Of a DNA stretch of 32,000 nucleotides, positions 17,464-25,101 are shown piece after piece. Position 1 is the first letter of the stretch. Every line of letters begins with the position of its first letter. This stretch comes from Candidatus Nanobsidianus stetteri. GTDB lineage: Archaea > Nanobdellota > Nanobdellia > Nanobdellales > Nanobdellaceae. The notes beneath the pieces are model-generated. The model did not search any database. It was not told the DNA's origin and saw only the letters and a program-made list of their open reading frames with translations. The DNA lies in contig APJZ01000002.1 in assembly GCA_000387965.1 (NCBI GenBank), forward strand, positions 90,001-122,000, written 5' to 3'. The translations under genes were made by a program, and so were the position numbers.

Positions 17464-18556
17464 AGGATATATTATATAATATTAGGGCTAATAATATTAT
17501 TGATAAAGATAAATTAACTATTCTTGATCTTTTTTTATCTAAAAATATTTCTAATATAGATTTCATGGTTTTACCTCCATCTAAAGGATATATTGGTATC
17601 ATATTACCAATACCAAGTCCAACATTTATTACAAATAACCAGAATAATAATGATTGAATAAAATCAATTACAGGAACTTTATAATTATATTCTTGTTCAG
17701 CTACAATTCCTATAAATGGTTTTCCATCTTTATTAGTTAGTTCAATATTGAATAATCCAGCACTTGTATTTAATAAAACATATTCTCCAGGTTTTGTATT
17801 ATTTAAAACTTCTCCAATTTGATTTAAATATAATATTTGATTTCCATTAATAGAATATAAAATTGTATTATTTGGGATAACATTATATGCATATGTATTT
17901 GGTAGTGTATATAATATTTTTACATATGGTGTCGCTAGATTAAACATAGAAATTATATATGTAAAAAAGAAAAATAAAAATAAAAAGATTAATCCAGCAA
18001 TTATATTTATAGCAGCACCAGCGCTATATATCTTTATTTGTTCCTTTTTATTTAATTTCTCAATTTCTTTCTCATCTGGTTCTACAAAAGCACCTATTAA
18101 AGGTCCTAGATAAAAGAATCCCCAAGATTTTAAATCTAGATTATTTTTATATACTAAAATACCATGAGCAAATTCATGTATAAAAGCTGCTATAAAGATT
18201 GCAATTATTGTTTGTATTATAGGCAATGTTATAGGACCATATGATATACCAGGCAATGCTGGAGCATATGTTGGAGTTTTTGTTAAAATTCCAAAAAATA
18301 AGAAGAAAACAGCTAAAGCTATTAATATTGGGCCTAAAATTAATGATGATATTGATAAAAATTTTGAAAATTTTGTATTAGAGATTTTTTTCATTATTTC
18401 CATTAATTTTTTTGTCCTGAACATTCCATAAATAAATTTATAATCCGTATTTTCTTTTTTAAAAATTTTTAAAAATATAAATATTATATTAATAACTAAA
18501 AAAGCTATTAATATGCTAAGAGCACTACTATTCGATATATATAAATTATAACTCAT
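17453..18556 (-). CDS. Site-2 protease, M50 family membrane metalloprotease
   Basis: Evidence is the HEFAHG (HExxH) motif inside a TM segment, NMIPIYPLDGGK (the LDG motif), a central PDZ-like soluble segment, and multiple TM helices. Confidence 0.85.
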   Translation of the reverse strand: MSYNLYISNSSALSILIAFLVINIIFIFLKIFKKENTDYKFIYGMFRTKKLMEIMKKISNTKFSKFLSISSLILGPILIALAVFFLFFGILTKTPTYAPALPGISYGPITLPIIQTIIAIFIAAFIHEFAHGILVYKNNLDLKSWGFFYLGPLIGAFVEPDEKEIEKLNKKEQIKIYSAGAAINIIAGLIFLFLFFFFTYIISMFNLATPYVKILYTLPNTYAYNVIPNNTILYSINGNQILYLNQIGEVLNNTKPGEYVLLNTSAGLFNIELTNKDGKPFIGIVAEQEYNYKVPVIDFIQSLLFWLFVINVGLGIGNMIPIYPLDGGKTMKSILEIFLDKKRSRIVNLSLSIILLALILYNISFIF

Positions 18557-18754
18557 TTACTTAGTTGGTTTTCCTGTTACTAATGTAATCTCCGACTTCT
18601 TTGGTCTTAGTGCTGTTGATTTACATTTTCTACATCTAACAAGGCCAGCTCTTACTTTATCAGGATTAGCTCTAATCCTGGCTCCACATTTTCTACATAT
18701 AAATATCCTATCAAATTTCCTCGCTTTAATCTCTGGTAATAAGTCTGAAGCCAT
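18557..18754 (-). CDS. rpl40e: Ribosomal protein L40e (eL40)
   Basis: 65-aa product. ICRKCGARI...RCRKCKSTALRPKK shows the zinc-ribbon pattern of archaeal L40e. Confidence 0.8.
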   Translation of the reverse strand: MASDLLPEIKARKFDRIFICRKCGARIRANPDKVRAGLVRCRKCKSTALRPKKSEITLVTGKPTK

Positions 18755-18779
18755 TATAGAAATAGATTATCAATAATAT

Positions 18780-19241
18780 TTATAATAATTTGTATTCTGC
18801 CATATTTATATATAAAGGACCCTGGGGTCTTAATATACTTTGCTTTATATAAAATTTATCTATTAAAATATCATCAGATATATATTTAGATAATTTTTCA
18901 ATTGATTCTCTAAATTCTTTTTTATTTAATATTTCTTTTACTCTATATAATGTAATATGTGGGGAAAATCTATAATCTTTGTCAATTTTTATTTTATATA
19001 ATTGCTCATCTATTAAATTATGTAAATTAATTATATCTTCATATCCTTCATATATATCCATCCAAACCACTCTATCTCCAAAAGTTCCAATATTACCAAT
19101 TTTTATACTAAATTTATTATATTTTATATTATTTAATTCTTCCTTTATTTTTTCAAAAATATTTGGTTGAACATCTCCAATAAATTTTAATGTTATATGA
19201 AAATTTTCTTTTTCAACTGGTTTTCCATATATACCTCTCAA
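18780..19241 (-). CDS. 2'-5' RNA ligase / 2H phosphoesterase (LigT/ThpR), 5' end apparently disrupted
   Basis: Two HxT motifs are present (FHITLKFIG and PHITLYR). The track start at 19241 is TTG. The canonical N-terminus MRIFIAIDLPEKDK is encoded upstream at 19312 in another frame (see findings). Confidence 0.7.
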   Translation of the reverse strand: MRGIYGKPVEKENFHITLKFIGDVQPNIFEKIKEELNNIKYNKFSIKIGNIGTFGDRVVWMDIYEGYEDIINLHNLIDEQLYKIKIDKDYRFSPHITLYRVKEILNKKEFRESIEKLSKYISDDILIDKFYIKQSILRPQGPLYINMAEYKLL

Positions 19242-19308
19242 ACCCCTTTCTAATTTTCTCTATTTCATCCTTTATCCTTTTCTGGTAAATCTATTGCTAT
19301 AAATATCC

Positions 19309-19842
19309 TCATAACAAAATTATTGCAAAAAACATAATATAAATTATATAAGATAGATATTCTTGTACTTTTCTATTTTTTCTATTATTTAAAATTGGTA
19401 TAACAAATTTATAGTTTGATAATGGATATAATGGAGTAATTCCAGAAACTGTTAAAGAATCTTCAATAATATGTAATAAAAATGCTAAAGAAAATAAATA
19501 AAATATTTTCATTATAAACAATCCTAAAAGGAAAAATATTATTATTGGAAATATTGAATGAGTAAATCCTCTATGTTTAAATAATTTTAATAAAAATAAA
19601 ATAAATAGATAATATGGAAATAATAAATATTTTAAAATTTTTGATTTATTTATATTTTCATATTGTTTATTTGCCCAATTATAAATTTTATAATCATAAT
19701 CTGGTATTACACAAATAAGTCCAACAATTATTGATATAATTATTGAAGATACCTTATCAAAATTAAATATATAGAAAAATATAATATATGTTATAAATGA
19801 TGATAATGCTTGATGGAGCCTGATTATCATAATTTTTATCAA
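19309..19842 (-). CDS. Membrane-bound metal-dependent hydrolase, YdjM/DUF457-like
   Basis: The HRGFTHSIF motif and HIIEDS sit in a multi-TM protein. The track start 19842 is TTG, and the first ATG is at 19830. Confidence 0.55.
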   Translation of the reverse strand: MIKIMIIRLHQALSSFITYIIFFYIFNFDKVSSIIISIIVGLICVIPDYDYKIYNWANKQYENINKSKILKYLLFPYYLFILFLLKLFKHRGFTHSIFPIIIFFLLGLFIMKIFYLFSLAFLLHIIEDSLTVSGITPLYPLSNYKFVIPILNNRKNRKVQEYLSYIIYIMFFAIILL

Positions 19843-19864
19843 TACTTAAAAAGTATTAAAGTAT

Positions 19865-20227
19865 ATGGGTGATATAGATTATGATAAAATAATTAACAAT
19901 TTACTAGAATTTGAAAAGTATAATGAAGTTCTATTTGGTTTTAAAAAATATTTGGATAGTATAAAAGAGGATATAGATAAATTAAAATCCGAAATTGAAA
20001 ATAGCAAGGCAGAAAATAAAAAAATAGAAGATAGATTAAATTTGTTAGAAGATAAGTATAATAACATTTCAAATGATATAAAAAATATATATAATTTATT
20101 AGATGAAATAAATAAAAAAATAACTGAAATAAGCAAAAGATTAAATGAAGAATATATAAATGAGAAGATAGATAATTATAGATATAAACTATTATTGGAA
20201 AAATTAAAAGAATTGGATGGTATATAA
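19865..20227 (+). CDS. Hypothetical coiled-coil protein
   Basis: 120 aa with an ATG start. Heptad-like K/E/N-rich sequence throughout. No motif recognised. Confidence 0.4.
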   Translation: MGDIDYDKIINNLLEFEKYNEVLFGFKKYLDSIKEDIDKLKSEIENSKAENKKIEDRLNLLEDKYNNISNDIKNIYNLLDEINKKITEISKRLNEEYINEKIDNYRYKLLLEKLKELDGI

Positions 20228-20570
20228 ATTAGTAATTGTAGTAAGAAAGGATTTAGATATCGGAAAGGGAAAATTATGTGCTCAAGTAGCTCATGCCGCC
20301 GTTGAAGCTGTTTTAAATCAATTAGAAAAGGATAAAGATATAGTAAAAAAATGGAGGGAAGAAGGCGCAAAGAAAATTGTTTTATATGTAAGAAGCTTAG
20401 ATGAATTGATGAGTATATATAATCAATCTATATCACTAAATTTAAATACTGTTTTAATAAAAGATGCTGGATTAACACAATTAGAACCAGGAACTATTAC
20501 TTGTATAGGTATTGGTCCAGATATTGAAGAAAAGATTAATAAAGTAACTGGTTCATTAAAATTATTATGA
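20217..20570 (+). CDS. pth2: Peptidyl-tRNA hydrolase, archaeal/eukaryal type (Pth2)
   Basis: KLVIVVRKDLDIGKGKLCAQVAHAAVEA...DAGLTQLEPGTITCIGIGP is the PTH2 signature. Confidence 0.9.
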   Translation: MVYKLVIVVRKDLDIGKGKLCAQVAHAAVEAVLNQLEKDKDIVKKWREEGAKKIVLYVRSLDELMSIYNQSISLNLNTVLIKDAGLTQLEPGTITCIGIGPDIEEKINKVTGSLKLL

Positions 20571-20917
20571 GCGTAGAATTAAAGGATGTATGGGATGTAG
20601 AAATAAAAACATCTTTTGATGTGAATAATATAATTTATGAAAAGAAAGTTTTAATTATAATTAAAAATCATTCTCCATATATTAGAAGATTCGAAGTAGG
20701 AACTAAATATATAAATATAGAAGATCAATATGAAGCATTGAAATTCAGAATGCGTTATAATTTAATTTCTCCTGTGGTAATATCCATAGATAAATATAGG
20801 AAAGAAACTATTGAAGTTTTAATACCAAAGATAAATCATCATTTGGGAGATAATATTATATTTTATGTGAAAAATCTTGATAAGAATGAAGAAAAAGAAA
20901 TACAATATAACTTATAA
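20567..20917 (+). CDS. Hypothetical beta-rich protein
   Basis: 116 aa. ATGA overlap with pth2. No recognised motif. Confidence 0.4.
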   Translation: MSVELKDVWDVEIKTSFDVNNIIYEKKVLIIIKNHSPYIRRFEVGTKYINIEDQYEALKFRMRYNLISPVVISIDKYRKETIEVLIPKINHHLGDNIIFYVKNLDKNEEKEIQYNL

Positions 20918-21194
20918 AAATATAGCAAAAAGAAGAATTTTTGAATTATATAAATTAGCTATAGAAAATATAGATAATATTGATTTAGCTAGGAGGTATA
21001 TATTTATATTATGGAAGATAAAAAATAAGGCAAGAATAAGATTACACAAAGAATTGAGGAATAAATTTTGTAAAAAATGTTATACACCATGGATTGTTGG
21101 AAAAACATTACAGATAAGGATAAGAAAGGGTAGAATTATATATAAATGTTTATATTGTAATAGGGTGAAGAGGTTTATAATAAGAAAGGTTTAA
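20886..21194 (+). CDS. rnp4: RNase P protein component 4 (Rpp21/Rpr2)
   Basis: Matching segments are IAKRRIFELYKLA...DLARRYI....R..LHKELRNKFCKKCYTPW...YKCLYCNRVKRF (helical N-terminus plus a C4 zinc ribbon). The track start 20877 is TTG, so I used the first ATG at 20886. Confidence 0.8.
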   Translation: MKKKKYNITYKNIAKRRIFELYKLAIENIDNIDLARRYIFILWKIKNKARIRLHKELRNKFCKKCYTPWIVGKTLQIRIRKGRIIYKCLYCNRVKRFIIRKV

Positions 21195-21221
21195 AAAACA
21201 TTTATTTTAAAAAATAATTTT

Positions 21222-21335
21222 AGGGCGGCCAAAGTGGCCGGGAAACACCCGTACCCATTTCGAACACGGAAGTTAAGCCGGCCTACGTCCGTGTGAGTAC
21301 TGGCGATAGCCGGGAAAGCACGGAAGCCGCCCGAC
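21222..21335 (+). rRNA. 5S ribosomal RNA (solitary)
   Basis: This is a GC-rich island in AT-rich DNA. Helix I pairs GGGCGGC with GCCGCCC. The conserved core CCCGTACCCATTTCGAACACGGAAGTTAAGCC is present. Ends are approximate to within about 3 nt. Confidence 0.9.
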
Positions 21336-21402
21336 AAAAATTTTAAAAGTTTTTATGAAAAATATACTACTATGGACTCGCACCATATAGATATACACCC
21401 CT

Positions 21403-22425
21403 TTGGGGGAGGACGGAATAGAGCCTGATGGATATAAGAAGATAAGTTTAGACGAAATTTTAAGAATAGCGAAAGGGAATGATGGAGAGTTAAAGTTTAT
21501 GTTTGCAAGGCAAATAGCACCATACCAAATAGAAACAAAATCAGCATTATCGTATATTGAAAAGATAATAGATGAAGCTAGAGATGATGTAAAAAAGGAA
21601 ATTTTAGATATTCTACAGTGGGGAGATGATAAATTTTCTTTGAAAAACATAGAAAAAGGAATATTTGTTGAACCTCAAATGTTAGATGGAAAGAAATATT
21701 ATATAGCAGCTCAATCAAAGTCTCAATTGAAGAAAGATATTAAAATAAGAGATGTATATTTAGATATCAAAGAAATAAGTAAAATGATAAAAGAAACTGG
21801 ATTTGAATATATGGAAAAAGCTTTAGGTTATTTAATGCAAAGAGAAAAAGTAACTAAGATTAAGGTAAATGCAGATAAGGGAAAAGTAATTGAGAAAGAT
21901 GTAGTAAATATATTAGACTTCTGGGGATTGGCAACATTATATTACATAGGCGAAATATCTAAAGATATTTTCGGAATTGATAAGTATGAAATAAAAGAAT
22001 TTAAAGATAAAATAAAATTAGCAAATGGAGATGAATTTGATATATCTGGATATGAATTAACTTTCAAATATAATGGAAAAGAATTAAAGTTTAGAGTATA
22101 TGATGCAAGTCATATTTATAAAGAAGAAAGTGAGAAATATAAAAAAGAAGAGAAAATGAACTCCTATATAACTTTAGCATTATTGTCAGGAAGTAGATAT
22201 ATATTACTTGAAGAAGATCCTGGAAAACCATCAGTAGATCAAAAGATAAGAGATTTCTATAAAGAAGCAAAAGATAAAACGGGATATGATATACTATTAT
22301 TAGAAACAGATGAGCAAAAACTAATAGAAAGAGGAATAATTGGTAAAGATGATTATGTAAAACTTATAGATAAAGATAAAACTAAGTATATTATGGATAC
22401 TATAATGGAAACATATAAAATATAA
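21403..22425 (+). CDS. Orphan protein, paralog A (start uncertain, TTG in track)
   Basis: 340-aa ORF, paralogous over its whole length to 22583-23743. The ATG homologous to the paralog B start (21372) is out of frame here. Confidence 0.6.
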   Translation: MGEDGIEPDGYKKISLDEILRIAKGNDGELKFMFARQIAPYQIETKSALSYIEKIIDEARDDVKKEILDILQWGDDKFSLKNIEKGIFVEPQMLDGKKYYIAAQSKSQLKKDIKIRDVYLDIKEISKMIKETGFEYMEKALGYLMQREKVTKIKVNADKGKVIEKDVVNILDFWGLATLYYIGEISKDIFGIDKYEIKEFKDKIKLANGDEFDISGYELTFKYNGKELKFRVYDASHIYKEESEKYKKEEKMNSYITLALLSGSRYILLEEDPGKPSVDQKIRDFYKEAKDKTGYDILLLETDEQKLIERGIIGKDDYVKLIDKDKTKYIMDTIMETYKI

Positions 22426-22426
22426 A

Positions 22427-22495
22427 ATGTATAGATATAATCAAAATAACATACTTAAATACATAAAAGAAAGTCTAGAAAAAGTTAGAATAGAT
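22427..22495 (+). pseudogene. Relic of the 5' end of the M28 peptidase gene
   Basis: ATGTATAGATATAAT....TTAAATACATAAAAGAAAGTCTAGAAAAAGTTAGAATAGATT aligns with 23733-23856 (ATGGACTATAAAATAATAGATATAAT...TTAAATACATAAAAGAAAATTTAGAGAAGGTTGGTGTAGATT). An internal deletion of about 50 nt separates the aligned parts. Confidence 0.7.
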
Positions 22496-22545
22496 TATGT
22501 CTGGTAAGTACTGGTTATGGCTGAAAAAGACACAAAAGCCTCTTA
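22496..22545 (+). pseudogene. Decayed relic of the 5S rRNA 3' half
   Basis: ATGTCTGGTAAGTACTGGTTATGGCTGAAAAAGACACAAAAGCCTCTTAAC aligns base-for-base with 5S positions 21284-21335 (ACGTCCGTGTGAGTACTGGCGATAGCCGGGAAAGCACGGAAGCCGCCCGAC). Almost all differences are G/C to A/T. Confidence 0.75.
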
Positions 22546-22582
22546 ACAAAATTTTTAGAAATTTTATGAGAATTATACTACT

Positions 22583-23743
22583 ATGTACTCACATCATTTT
22601 GATGTGGATGGTAAAGATAAGAAGATAAGTTCGGATGAGATTATCAAATGGGATCATACTATTCTGGAGGGAGATGTAATAGAGTCTGAAGGATACGAGA
22701 AGATAAGTTTAAAAGAGATTGTTAAATGGAAACTTCAGAGAAGAAAAATAAAGTCTAATGGATATAAGAAGAAGTCTGATGGATATAAAAAGATAAGTAG
22801 TTTAGATGAGATTTTAAGTATAGCGAAAGGGAATGATGGAGAGTTAAAGTTTATGTTTGCAAGGCAAATAGCACCATTCAACATAGAAACAATATTAGCG
22901 CTATTGGATATTGAAGGGGCAATAAAGAAAGCAGATGAATATGGATATAAAGTAAATAAAGTAATTTTAGATATATTACAATGGAAGGATAATAAATTTT
23001 CGTTTAGTAATATTGAAAAGAAAATATTTGTTGAACCTCAAATGTTATATAGTAAATTGCAATATAATATAGCAGTTGAATCAAAGAGAAAAATAAGAAT
23101 TGGTAAATATAGAATAGGTGATGTATATTTAGATGTTATTAAAATAATTAAGATGATATATGAAATCGGATTTGAATATATGGAAAAAGCTCTGAATCAT
23201 TTAGAAAATGAAAGAAAAGTAAAAGATGATAGTGTAAATATATTAGACTTCTGGGGATTGGCAACATTATATTACATAGGCGAAATATCTAAAGATATTT
23301 TCGGAATTGATAAGTATGAAATAAAAGAATTTAAAGATAAAATAAAATTAGCAAATGGAGATGAATTTGATATATCTGGATATGAATTAACTTTCAAATA
23401 TAATGGAAAAGAATTAAAGTTTAGAGTATATGATGCAAGTCATATTTATAAAGAAGAAAGTGAGAAATATAAAACGGAGACAAATCTATATATAACTTTA
23501 GCATTATTGTCAGGAAGTAGATATATATTACTTGAAGAAGATCCTGGAAAAGAAGATAATAAGATAAAACATTTCTATAGGGAAGCAAAGAAAAAAACAG
23601 GATATGATATATTATTATTTGAATTAGATGAACAAAAACTAATAGAAAGAGGAATAATTGGTAAAGATGATTATGTAAAACTTATACATAAAAATAAAAT
23701 TAAAAAAATTATAAATATTATAAAGGAAATATATGGACTATAA
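22583..23743 (+). CDS. Orphan protein, paralog B (N-terminal repeat expansion)
   Basis: 386 aa with an ATG start. It shares GNDGELKFMFARQIAP, ILDILQW, IFVEPQML, VNILDFWGLATLYYIGEISKDIFG, ITLALLSGSRYILLEEDPGK and LIERGIIGKDDYVKLI with paralog A. Confidence 0.7.
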   Translation: MYSHHFDVDGKDKKISSDEIIKWDHTILEGDVIESEGYEKISLKEIVKWKLQRRKIKSNGYKKKSDGYKKISSLDEILSIAKGNDGELKFMFARQIAPFNIETILALLDIEGAIKKADEYGYKVNKVILDILQWKDNKFSFSNIEKKIFVEPQMLYSKLQYNIAVESKRKIRIGKYRIGDVYLDVIKIIKMIYEIGFEYMEKALNHLENERKVKDDSVNILDFWGLATLYYIGEISKDIFGIDKYEIKEFKDKIKLANGDEFDISGYELTFKYNGKELKFRVYDASHIYKEESEKYKTETNLYITLALLSGSRYILLEEDPGKEDNKIKHFYREAKKKTGYDILLFELDEQKLIERGIIGKDDYVKLIHKNKIKKIINIIKEIYGL

Positions 23744-24665
23744 AATAATAGATATAATAAAAGATTTGGAAAGGTTTTCTCCAAGGAATAATGAAGAAGC
23801 TATAAATAAAACAATTAAATACATAAAAGAAAATTTAGAGAAGGTTGGTGTAGATTTTTTTGATCAATATTTTTATGTTTCTATACCTTTTGATGAAGGA
23901 TCATATATAATTTTAGATAATGGGGAAAAAATAATTGGAAAGGCAAATTCTTTTGTTTCAGGATATTTTGAAGAGAAAAATATATATTCAAGTCAAAATA
24001 TAAAGCAAGAAATAAGTGTACCACATATAAATTATAATCAGTATTATGATGCATATTCTGGAGTAATTTTCTATGATTTTCCAGTAATAAATATAAAAAA
24101 ATCAGATTTAATTAAGGTTATAAATTCAGAAGAAATAAAGGTTTATGTTAATGTAAAAAGAAAGTTAATAAAAAATGAAAATATATTAGTTGGAAATACA
24201 AAAAATCCAAAAAACGTAATTTTTACACATTTTGATACAATATTTAATGGAGCTTTAGATAATTCTTCAGGAACAGCAACCTTACTATATGCAATAATAA
24301 ATAATAAAATAAATCTTAAAGAAAATCTAATAGTATTCTCCGGTTGTGAAGAATTATCATATGACAAACCATATTATTGGGGATATGGTTATAGAGTCTT
24401 TGAATATGAATATAAAGAAATATTAGAAAAAAGCGAAAAGATTATTGTATATGATATGTTTGGACATTCAAAACCAATATTAACAAAAGAATATATTAGG
24501 GAAGCATTTCCAATAATGTCAGAATATTTATATGAAAAATCTATACAGATATCAGAATCTAATAATGATTGGATAAAATTCTATCATTCAGATGCGGATA
24601 CTATTGATAAAATAAATGAAGATTATCTTAAGGAAGGACTAGAACTACTATTAAAAATTTTATAA
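23733..24665 (+). CDS. M28-family metallopeptidase (aminopeptidase-like)
   Basis: Zn-ligand motifs occur in M28 order: FTHFDT, ALDNSSGTATLL, GCEELSY, YHSDADTIDKI. Confidence 0.7.
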   Translation: MDYKIIDIIKDLERFSPRNNEEAINKTIKYIKENLEKVGVDFFDQYFYVSIPFDEGSYIILDNGEKIIGKANSFVSGYFEEKNIYSSQNIKQEISVPHINYNQYYDAYSGVIFYDFPVINIKKSDLIKVINSEEIKVYVNVKRKLIKNENILVGNTKNPKNVIFTHFDTIFNGALDNSSGTATLLYAIINNKINLKENLIVFSGCEELSYDKPYYWGYGYRVFEYEYKEILEKSEKIIVYDMFGHSKPILTKEYIREAFPIMSEYLYEKSIQISESNNDWIKFYHSDADTIDKINEDYLKEGLELLLKIL

Positions 24666-24669
24666 ATTT

Positions 24670-24718
24670 TCAGTTTGCCCATCAATCATCACTATTCAGA
24701 TCGTTGATCCATCATCAT
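24670..24718 (-). ncRNA. C/D box sRNA (2'-O-methylation guide)
   Basis: The minus strand reads AUGAUGA (C, 24718-24712); 12 nt UGGAUCAACGAU; CUGA (D', 24699-24696); AUA; GUGAUGA (C', 24692-24686); 12 nt UUGAUGGGCAAA; CUGA (D, 24673-24670). All four boxes are canonical with 12/12 spacing. It lies in a noncoding 100-nt spacer. True ends are probably a few nt beyond the boxes. Confidence 0.88.
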
Positions 24719-24744
24719 CTTTCTAGAAATATTATTTTTAAATC

Positions 24745-24753
24745 TATTTATAA
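24745..24753 (-). promoter_or_regulatory. Candidate TATA box for the C/D box sRNA
   Basis: The minus strand reads TTATAAATA about 31 nt upstream of the C box. That matches archaeal TATA spacing if transcription starts a few nt before the C box. Weak evidence, because the whole spacer is AT-rich. Confidence 0.25.
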
Positions 24754-24765
24754 TTTAATCATAAA

Positions 24766-25101
24766 ATGGTACAAAAGACTCATGTTAAGGATATTGGAAT
24801 TGAAGGTATAAATCCTCCGGAAAAGGTATGTGATGATAAAAAGTGTCCATGGCATGGAGAAATAAGAATTAGAGGATTATTATTTGAAGGAAAAGTTGAG
24901 AGAGTTAGGAGAAGAATTGCTTTAATAACCTTTTATAGATATTATTATGTCCAAAAATATGAAAGATACATGATAAGAAGATCAAAAATTAAAGCTCATG
25001 TCCCAAAATGTTTAGATATAAAGGAGGGGGATGAAGTTATTATTGGGGAGACAAGGCCAATATCAAAAACGATAAATTTCGTTGTAATTAGTAAAAAATG
25101 A
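24766..25101 (+). CDS. rps17: Ribosomal protein S17 (uS17)
   Basis: Matching segments are CDDKKCPWHGEIRIRG..FEGKV and GDEVIIGETRPISKT. The neighbouring gene is L14. Confidence 0.9.
   Translation: MVQKTHVKDIGIEGINPPEKVCDDKKCPWHGEIRIRGLLFEGKVERVRRRIALITFYRYYYVQKYERYMIRRSKIKAHVPKCLDIKEGDEVIIGETRPISKTINFVVISKK

Larger units (their letters stand above)
21285..22495. repeat. Tandem duplication, unit 1 (5S 3' half + orphan gene copy A + relic of peptidase 5' end)
   Basis: Collinear nucleotide similarity to 22496-23856, including an identical 241-nt block and the promoter-proximal string TATACTACTATG. Unit boundaries are read by eye. Confidence 0.8.
22496..23856. repeat. Tandem duplication, unit 2 (5S relic + orphan gene copy B + intact peptidase 5' end)
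   Basis: See unit 1. The downstream boundary falls inside the peptidase gene, near GTAGATT. Confidence 0.8.

Noticed and set aside
21195-21221. A candidate TATA box (TTTATTTTAAAAA) upstream of 5S rRNA.
   Set aside because: Its distance to the mature 5' end (about 15-20 nt) does not fit the usual spacing of about -26. The whole spacer is A/T, so no specific call is supportable.
21273-21650. A 125-aa minus-strand ORF.
   Set aside because: It overlaps the 5S rRNA gene and the 5' part of the paralog A gene. Its translation is low-complexity Ser/Phe/Ile-rich. It is a shadow ORF.
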